Under the pieces are notes generated by a model that was given only the letters and a program-made list of their open reading frames with translations, was not told where the DNA came from and did no database searches. Both the position numbers and the translations under genes were made by a program. A DNA stretch of 64,000 nt from Phycisphaerales bacterium (lineage in GTDB: Bacteria > Planctomycetota > Phycisphaerae > UBA1845 > UTPLA1), in NCBI GenBank assembly GCA_020639075.1, contig JACKHI010000001.1, positions 2,662,315 through 2,726,314 on the forward strand. Direction: 5' to 3'. This document shows, piece after piece, positions 57,643-64,000 of the stretch. The number at the start of each line of letters is the position of its first letter. Within the stretch, counting starts at the first letter, position 1.

Positions 57643-58107
57643 TCAGCGCGCTTTCGCAGCGCTCGTATCGGGAAACGAACGAGATCTGAGTAATTCGATG
57701 CCGGCCATGGCTCGGCGCTTGAGGGGCGTAAAGGAAAGGCTGTCAATCCAACGACCGGCGTGCCGGTCGAAAACCTCCTCGTCGAAGAAGATCAGCATCG
57801 GAGACGGCAGGTTGACGCCGCGTGCGAAGAGTTTCAGGACGAAACGATCTCGAAAGCCGATCCCCATCTTGCGAAGAATCATGTCGAACAAGCGAACGGG
57901 GTGATTATGTTCATTCTCCGTGCTGCGCCCGACTGAGATTCTACGTGCAATCACCCAAATCAGGGCAATCGCGATGACGCATCCGAACAGGATGAAGAAG
58001 CCGGTGATATCCGTCGGGTCGGTCTTCCGATCGTCGAATGCACCGCGCAGGCCCTCGAGCCGATTCTGATACGGCGTCTGCGCCAAGATGGAGAGGATCG
58101 GCATCAC
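57643..58107 (-). CDS. Hypothetical membrane protein
   Basis: One TM helix (ITGFFILFGCVIAIALIWVIA). The 4-nt overlap with the downstream HEAT gene suggests translational coupling. Confidence 0.4.
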   Translation of the reverse strand: MMPILSILAQTPYQNRLEGLRGAFDDRKTDPTDITGFFILFGCVIAIALIWVIARRISVGRSTENEHNHPVRLFDMILRKMGIGFRDRFVLKLFARGVNLPSPMLIFFDEEVFDRHAGRWIDSLSFTPLKRRAMAGIELLRSRSFPDTSAAKAR

Positions 58108-60053
58108 GATGTCGCTCCCGCACCCGTGCTTGGTGCTTTCTTCGGATTGGCTTGGGACAGGCGTTTCGCAACGTGCTCGGCAATTCGTGCAATGCGAGCA
58201 TCCGGATCAATCTCGGCGATCTGGCGGATACGCGCTTCGAGGGTATACAGCTTGAGTTGGTCGACGATCCACAGGGCCGAGCATCGGTGATCGGGACGCG
58301 GGTCGATCAGCATTTTCATCAGGGATCGTGCTGCCTCGGGTACGCGTTGACGAAGCAGGCAGCGTGTCGCGGCGGCGCGGACGTCGGCGTCTTCGCTGTC
58401 GGTCAGCGGCTCTACGAGCGTACGGGCATTCGGGAGTTGAAGGGCTTCGACTGAATCGATGGCCGCCGCCCGAACCTCCGGGGCTTCGTCGACGAGGGAT
58501 CGCTCGAGGATTCGACGCGTTGTCTCGCCTTCGATCTGTCCGAGCGTCGCGACGGCCGTGCGTCGAATTTCGGTATCGGCGTCGTTGGTCGCGGTGTAGA
58601 CGTCTTTTTCAAACTTGGCGCCGAGCGAGAGCGTACGCACGATTCGCATCGCGCGGAGTCTGTCGGCGGGCGACTTCGCAAGCAGCTTTGTCTGCAGGCG
58701 CATTGCGAAATTCGTGATGAATGTGAGGGCATGCGGACCGGCCTTGCCTGCGAGCCCTGCGTCGAGTCGTTCAAAGTTCTGCCAGACGCTCTCGAACTCT
58801 TCCGAGACGCCAGCGCTCTGGAGCAGCGTCGCCCAATCCTCGGGGCGCGTCTTGAGCGAACGCGGGACGGGTGCGCGATGACGGCCTCGATCGCGACGAT
58901 CCAGCTCAATGCGTGCGATCCGACGGACTTCTTCCCGATCGTGATCAAGCAATCCCTGCATGGCCGTTGTGCAATCCGGCGAGTCGATGCGCGTGAGGGC
59001 CCAGACTGCGGCGCGATTGGCATCGACGTCATCGAGAATCAGCAGGTTCAGTAGCAGCGAGATTTTCTGGCCGACTGGGATGCCGAGCGGCAGCAGCCAC
59101 GACGGCGCTGCGGCCGCGACGTCGGCGGGCAGATTGAAGGTCGTTTCGAAGCCGTCGTTGAGCCATGTCAGTTGCCGAATCGCCGCCAGGTGCTTGCGGA
59201 TATTCGGATCGCGACCGACCCAGTGCCAACGGATGAACTCACAGAAGAAGGCGTTGTCCCGGCAACGGCCGAGGATCGCCACGACCTTTCGTCGCAATTC
59301 CGGAAAGGCCATCGCGACGTACACAAACGGCGCGTGCTCGGGCAGAAGGCGATCGGAGAGAATCTCCTCGATTGCGTGCGAGAGTTTTCCGCGCTTGATC
59401 GTGCTCTGCTTGAGCAATGAAGGTTCCAGATCCAGCGCGAAGGGCATGGCGGCCTCAACGACTTCTGGTCGATGATGGCTCTCATAATGTTCAAGCGCCT
59501 CGCCAAGCGCGTTGACGATATATTCGCGCCTGGATGCAACGCCGTGCAGCGTGGCGGCGAGCTCCCGGCAGGAAGCGGCGTCCGCAGTATTTGCGGGATC
59601 CAGCGCCGTGATGACGCGGCGCGTGTCTTCGAGTTGACGGCGCGAGAGGCGCAGCAGCGTGGCGGCGGCGTGCGATCGAATGCGCGGCGAGCCGTCATGG
59701 ATCGCATGCGCGGCGAGGTATGCCAGGCGAGCGTCACCGCTCTCCGAGATGATCTCAAGGGAGTTTTGTCGAGTCTGGGCGTTGCTGCTTCGTGCGCACG
59801 TTCGTAGCGCCGAAAAGAGCCGGTCCGAGTTTTCGATCACAAGGCGTCGCGCGGCCGGCTCGAGCTTGCCCATGAGCGGCGGCAAACCCTGAAGCCCAAC
59901 GGGCTGTGCGCGGTCGATCAATAGCCGGACGATCTCAATCTGTCGCATGGGCGAGACGACGGTGAGCGCAGACAACAACGTCCGATCGGGCGCGTCGCCC
60001 TCCATGTCGGTCATGATGTCCAGAATCGCGAGGCGCGCCGTCATGCATTCCAC
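58104..60053 (-). CDS. HEAT-repeat protein
   Basis: Repeated alpha-helical pairs with PEVR/DVR motifs (DEAPEVRAAAIDSVEAL, DSEDADVRAAATRCLL). Confidence 0.65.
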   Translation of the reverse strand: MECMTARLAILDIMTDMEGDAPDRTLLSALTVVSPMRQIEIVRLLIDRAQPVGLQGLPPLMGKLEPAARRLVIENSDRLFSALRTCARSSNAQTRQNSLEIISESGDARLAYLAAHAIHDGSPRIRSHAAATLLRLSRRQLEDTRRVITALDPANTADAASCRELAATLHGVASRREYIVNALGEALEHYESHHRPEVVEAAMPFALDLEPSLLKQSTIKRGKLSHAIEEILSDRLLPEHAPFVYVAMAFPELRRKVVAILGRCRDNAFFCEFIRWHWVGRDPNIRKHLAAIRQLTWLNDGFETTFNLPADVAAAAPSWLLPLGIPVGQKISLLLNLLILDDVDANRAAVWALTRIDSPDCTTAMQGLLDHDREEVRRIARIELDRRDRGRHRAPVPRSLKTRPEDWATLLQSAGVSEEFESVWQNFERLDAGLAGKAGPHALTFITNFAMRLQTKLLAKSPADRLRAMRIVRTLSLGAKFEKDVYTATNDADTEIRRTAVATLGQIEGETTRRILERSLVDEAPEVRAAAIDSVEALQLPNARTLVEPLTDSEDADVRAAATRCLLRQRVPEAARSLMKMLIDPRPDHRCSALWIVDQLKLYTLEARIRQIAEIDPDARIARIAEHVAKRLSQANPKKAPSTGAGATS

Positions 60054-60223
60054 CCGTGGGAATTGAAATGAAACCCCTATCTGAATCGGGATTCTCGGTC
60101 TCGAGGGTTAGGTTTGACGCCACACGTCGGGCAATCCCGGCCGCCAACGGCCTGGTGCGTCACAATTAGCCGGCAAATGCTGCGCAAACGTCGGATAACA
60201 CGAAAGGGCCGCACCAGCCAAAT

Positions 60224-61948
60224 TTACCTGCGAGAGGATCTCGCGAGGGTGTGCAGTTTGTCGGCGTCGAATGGACCAAACGTCTGAGACGTTCCGTCAG
60301 TCCATCGGACCGTTACGGCATCGACGCGCTTCAGCGGTCCGAGGCCGACATGGACGCGAGGATCATTGGCGGCACAGAAGCTATAGACCGACTCAACGGA
60401 ACGGGCGAAGGTCCGATCGCCCGCTCGGATTGTGAGACGCGCGTTCAGGGCGTCGCGTCGCTTTTCGTCGAGCACTTTGAATGTGATGAAATGGTTGCCT
60501 TGCTTGTTCGCAATGTTCCGGAGCAGCCGAACCGGGCCGTCCGACTCAACGACAAGGACGTCGACATCACCGTCGTTGTCAATGTCGCCGAAGGCGGCGG
60601 ACCGACTTGTTCCGACGACGGGTTTTGCCGTACCGCCGATCGGACTGACCTCCTGAAACGCGCCGTTGCTGACACCGCGCATGAGCTGATTCGGATCCAC
60701 ATAGGGGTCTTTCATGCCTGCGGGATCGGCAACACCGTCGAGCGTCACCTTTCCGTTGGCGATGTAGAGATCGAGACGGCCGTCGTGATCGAAATCCGCA
60801 AAACCGACGCCGAAGGCGGTGAATCGAATGCTGGGCGCGGCCAGCCCGAGTTGCGCCGTCTTATCGTCGAAGACGCCGCCGTTGTTGATATAGAGCGTAT
60901 TCGATTCGTTTCGAAGGTGAGTCATGAAGAGGTCGAGATCGCCGTCGGGCTCCACATCAAACACAGCGACGCCCATTCCGGCTTCGGCGGCGCCCTGGGA
61001 ATTCACTGCGCATCCGGCGAGCAACGCGTCGTTTTCGAATCGATTTCCACCGAGATTCAACCACAGCTGATTCGGGTTTCCATCGTTGGCGACATACACG
61101 TCCGTCCGTCCATCATCGTTGAAGTCGCCAAATACCAGGCCGAGACCGTTGCCGAAGGCGGCGTCGATCCCGGCGGTTCGCGTCGCGTCGGTGAACGTGC
61201 CGTCGCCGTTGTTCAGGTAGAATACGTCACGTGCCGGCGCATCATAGTTCTCTGGGTTGCAATAATCCCGCTCCCCGGAAGTTCGACTGCAAGTCAGTTC
61301 GCTATCCGCTCGCCAGTTGATGTAATTGACGACGAAGAGATCGAGATCACCGTCATTATCCGCGTCGAAGAACCCGGCGCTCGTGCCCCATCCGGCATCG
61401 CCCGTGCCGCTTTGAGCGGTAACATCGGAGAATGACCCGTCGCCGTTATTTCGATAGAGCACATTCGCGCCGTAGTTGGTCACGTACAGATCGTTGTCGC
61501 CGTCCGAATCGTAATCTCCGACGGCGCATCCCATCCCATACCCTTGATCGCCGACGCCGGCGAACTTGGTGATGTCCTCAAACGTGCCGTCGCCTCGATT
61601 GCGAAAAAGCTGATTCGCCGGCCGGGACGACGGGGCTGCCCGAAGATCCCCCGCCTGGACGAAGTACACATCCAGATCGCCGTCACCATCGGCATCGAAG
61701 AGCGCAGCGCCGCCGGCAATCGTCTCGGGGAAGTCATACCGACGGGGCCCGATCGAATGCGTGAATGCAAGTCCGGCTTCGGCCGCGACCTCTTCGAACC
61801 AGATCCCTGACTGCGGCGGCGCCGAAGTCTCACTGCCGCGAGCATCCTGGGGAACGCTCTCGGATCGACAGCTCGCGTGGACAACGAGCGTCATCCAGAT
61901 TGCGATCATCGCCGCGTGCCTTATGGCGCGAAACAAAGATGCCTGCAT
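60224..61948 (-). CDS. Secreted FG-GAP/VCBS repeat protein (CRTAC1 family)
   Basis: Signal peptide. Repeated FxDxDxDGDxDL and NxGDGTF motifs (FDADGDGDLDVYFV; DYDSDGDNDLYVTNYG; NNGDGSFSDV). Confidence 0.7.
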   Translation of the reverse strand: MQASLFRAIRHAAMIAIWMTLVVHASCRSESVPQDARGSETSAPPQSGIWFEEVAAEAGLAFTHSIGPRRYDFPETIAGGAALFDADGDGDLDVYFVQAGDLRAAPSSRPANQLFRNRGDGTFEDITKFAGVGDQGYGMGCAVGDYDSDGDNDLYVTNYGANVLYRNNGDGSFSDVTAQSGTGDAGWGTSAGFFDADNDGDLDLFVVNYINWRADSELTCSRTSGERDYCNPENYDAPARDVFYLNNGDGTFTDATRTAGIDAAFGNGLGLVFGDFNDDGRTDVYVANDGNPNQLWLNLGGNRFENDALLAGCAVNSQGAAEAGMGVAVFDVEPDGDLDLFMTHLRNESNTLYINNGGVFDDKTAQLGLAAPSIRFTAFGVGFADFDHDGRLDLYIANGKVTLDGVADPAGMKDPYVDPNQLMRGVSNGAFQEVSPIGGTAKPVVGTSRSAAFGDIDNDGDVDVLVVESDGPVRLLRNIANKQGNHFITFKVLDEKRRDALNARLTIRAGDRTFARSVESVYSFCAANDPRVHVGLGPLKRVDAVTVRWTDGTSQTFGPFDADKLHTLARSSRR

Positions 61949-61974
61949 GAGATCGCCTCCCCGACAGCGCGTGG

Positions 61975-63465
61975 CTACTGTCGCTGTACCATTTGAAGGC
62001 GTTGTCTCAGAGCGGCCGTTTGCGGGTCATCCGGACCCAGTGCATCCGCACGGGCAAATGCGCGAACGGCCGTATCGATTGCCCCATGCTGCAAGGCGAC
62101 GGCGCACAGGTTGACGTGCGCGACGAACAGGTCCGGCTGCAGGGCCACTGCGTCCTGAAGGTATCGAATCGACTCATCGAACCGATTCACTTTCCCGCAA
62201 AGGCGTCCCATGGCAACAAGGACTTGCGCGTTTGCCGGCGCCAGCTCGTGGGCGCGCTGGTAGGACGCCAGCGCGCCGTCGATGTCCTTTGCAACGGACA
62301 GCGCATCGCCAAGTGCGATGTGGCACTGTGAGACGTGCGAGCCGCGCGCAACGGCTTCGCGTGCGTAAACAATCGCATCGGCATACTGATGGAGTTGAAT
62401 AGAGCAGAACGACATGTTGATGAAAGGACCGAACAGTCGATCGTCGGACGCTACGACTTCCTTGAGGATTTTCATCGCATCCTCGTGGCGCTTAGAATCG
62501 ATCAGGACGGCCGCGAGGTTGTTCAGAACGGCGACGTCATCCGGATAATCAACGGCCAGCTTTCTCAGGATCGCCTCGGATCCGGCGAGATCGCCCCGAT
62601 CGCACAACCTGACGGCGCGACCGAGCCGACCGATTCGGGAAATCCCGAGTTCTATCGAACGTTCGGAAAGAGGATCGGGCAACGATCGCGTCTCGGCGCC
62701 GAGACCCAGCTGCAACTCGCGCTTGGCGGCATCGCGATCGCCGGCGCCGCGCAGGGCCAATCCGAGTTGATAGTGCGCAACGACATACTGCGGGTCCAGT
62801 TTCAGGGCTTTTTCGGAAACCGTGCGCGCCTTCTCGAATCGGCTCTGTCGATTGAAGATGTCGGCCAGGGCGACAAGCGGTTCGGGGCGGTTCGGCGATT
62901 GAGCTGCCGCTTTTTCAAACGCGACCGCCGCGCCTTCCAGATCTCCGTCGCCGGCACGAGCGACGCCGAGTTCGAAGTAGATCGCCGGAAATGCCTCCGC
63001 GCGCATAGCCAGTTCGGCGAGCAACGCGGTGGCTTCACCTGTTTCACCGATCTGCCGCATGGCCATGGCTCTTCTGAACGGCCAGACGAGGTTGCCGGAA
63101 TCGAGGGACTCCGCATGTTCGAAACAGGCGATCGCTTCTTGATGAAACCCATTCTCGGAATAAAGCAGTCCCAAATCGCCATGGGCGCTTGCCTCCCCTG
63201 AATGGGCGGCGACATTCGCGATCAAGTCATCAATGGCCGTTAGAAGTCGTGCATTGGCCTTCGTTGGATCGAGGGGACGTACGGGGGGAATTGACGGAGC
63301 TCGCGAAACGTACGCTATGCCTGCGACCACGAGAACGACCACGACGCTGCCGATCCAAACCGGCAACCGGCGTCGAGAAGAGCCCCTGCGATCCGACCCG
63401 CCAGAGCGCGCACGCCTAGACGGTTGCGCGCGATGACGCAGCTTTCGCTTCTTTGACATGTGCAC
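61975..63465 (-). CDS. TPR-repeat protein with N-terminal TM anchor
   Basis: One TM helix (VWIGSVVVVLVVAGIAYV), then many 34-residue TPR units (AIACFEHAESLD..., AHYQLGLALRGAGDRDAAKRELQ...). Confidence 0.7.
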   Translation of the reverse strand: MHMSKKRKLRHRAQPSRRARSGGSDRRGSSRRRLPVWIGSVVVVLVVAGIAYVSRAPSIPPVRPLDPTKANARLLTAIDDLIANVAAHSGEASAHGDLGLLYSENGFHQEAIACFEHAESLDSGNLVWPFRRAMAMRQIGETGEATALLAELAMRAEAFPAIYFELGVARAGDGDLEGAAVAFEKAAAQSPNRPEPLVALADIFNRQSRFEKARTVSEKALKLDPQYVVAHYQLGLALRGAGDRDAAKRELQLGLGAETRSLPDPLSERSIELGISRIGRLGRAVRLCDRGDLAGSEAILRKLAVDYPDDVAVLNNLAAVLIDSKRHEDAMKILKEVVASDDRLFGPFINMSFCSIQLHQYADAIVYAREAVARGSHVSQCHIALGDALSVAKDIDGALASYQRAHELAPANAQVLVAMGRLCGKVNRFDESIRYLQDAVALQPDLFVAHVNLCAVALQHGAIDTAVRAFARADALGPDDPQTAALRQRLQMVQRQ

Positions 63466-63661
63466 TCGCCTCAGAACTGATTCGCCCGGTCGGGGGCGGC
63501 CGCCTCAATGCGACATTACAAACCGACGGCGCCGCCTCAGAAAAAAAGCGGAGTCGTCAATACGCGAGCTAAGAACTACTTAGAAGAACCTTCCCAAAGT
63601 TCCCGATGTAGCATTCTACCAGCGCGCCGTTCCGGATTCAATTGATTTCAGACCGTTGGAG

Positions 63662-63979
63662 TCAAGGTCGCAATCGACGCCGAAACTCGTCCTGATCGCG
63701 ATTTCGCGTTTGACGGTCCGTCAGATGGGCCTTGTTCTTTCCGCCGTCATCAAGCGGCGGATAGGCCGTCATGCCGTGCCACGGCAGTGGGCCGACGGTC
63801 TTTCCCGTCGCGGAATTGAGGTCGCCGTCCTTCAGCCAGCCATCCGTATGGACAATAAAGTCACGCGTCCAGCCGTCGGGAAGCGGCGGCACTTGCCCGG
63901 CGTCGAACGACATGAGCACTTCATCACCCGCGCCGACAATGACATAGTCATCGTCGACAGCGAGCAGCGCGTTCGTCAC
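63662..63979 (-). CDS. Hypothetical protein, C-terminal part (N-terminus may lie beyond the window)
   Basis: Open frame to near the window edge. No confident family assignment. Confidence 0.3.
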   Translation of the reverse strand: MTNALLAVDDDYVIVGAGDEVLMSFDAGQVPPLPDGWTRDFIVHTDGWLKDGDLNSATGKTVGPLPWHGMTAYPPLDDGGKNKAHLTDRQTRNRDQDEFRRRLRP

Positions 63980-64000
63980 GTCGCCGATGGCCGAGTAGCC

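Overview
This is a 64-kb window of high-GC bacterial chromosome. Gene content (dockerin-like C-terminal modules, a PEP-CTERM protein, CRTAC1/FG-GAP and TPR pairs, many lipoproteins) suggests a Planctomycetota-like organism, but that is inference. Housekeeping genes are clear: the rpsB-tsf-pyrH operon, lpxB, ftcD, a flagellin, smpB, an ECF sigma/anti-sigma/PDZ trio, nrnA-like DHH phosphoesterase, a GT2 Dpm1-like transferase, an EamA transporter, YjbQ, an SPFH protein and a CheW-CZB protein. Three kinds of mobile or repeated DNA are embedded in this backbone. First, a family of short REP-like palindromes lies in intergenic DNA, and a truncated REP-associated tyrosine transposase (RAYT) fragment lies next to one of them. 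Second, two copies of a 1.54-kb IS4-family element differ by one nucleotide, sit in opposite orientation, and are inserted into the same palindromic target with identical junctions. Together they bracket a 0.8-kb segment carrying a small membrane-protein gene. Third, an IS110-family element carries a long hairpin-rich 5' leader that is a candidate bridge RNA. The most unusual feature is a Mu-like head-morphogenesis module. It has large terminase, DUF935 portal, protein I-like protease/scaffold, gpT major head, gp36-like and gp37-like genes. It lacks a small terminase, tail genes, early genes and an integrase. Between portal and protease it is split by cargo: a zinc-ribbon membrane protein, a 1187-aa beta-helix/dockerin protein, a PEP-CTERM protein and the IS110. 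It ends in a 250-bp direct duplication of the gp37-like 3' end. That duplication brackets a 5.4-kb antisense cassette with two paralogous S1 serine peptidases, a paralogous small secreted protein (a third paralog lies inside the head module), a lipoprotein and an unknown protein. A tRNA-Phe with a defective acceptor stem and a second tRNA-like remnant lie upstream of this island. No CRISPR array, rRNA or integrase was seen.
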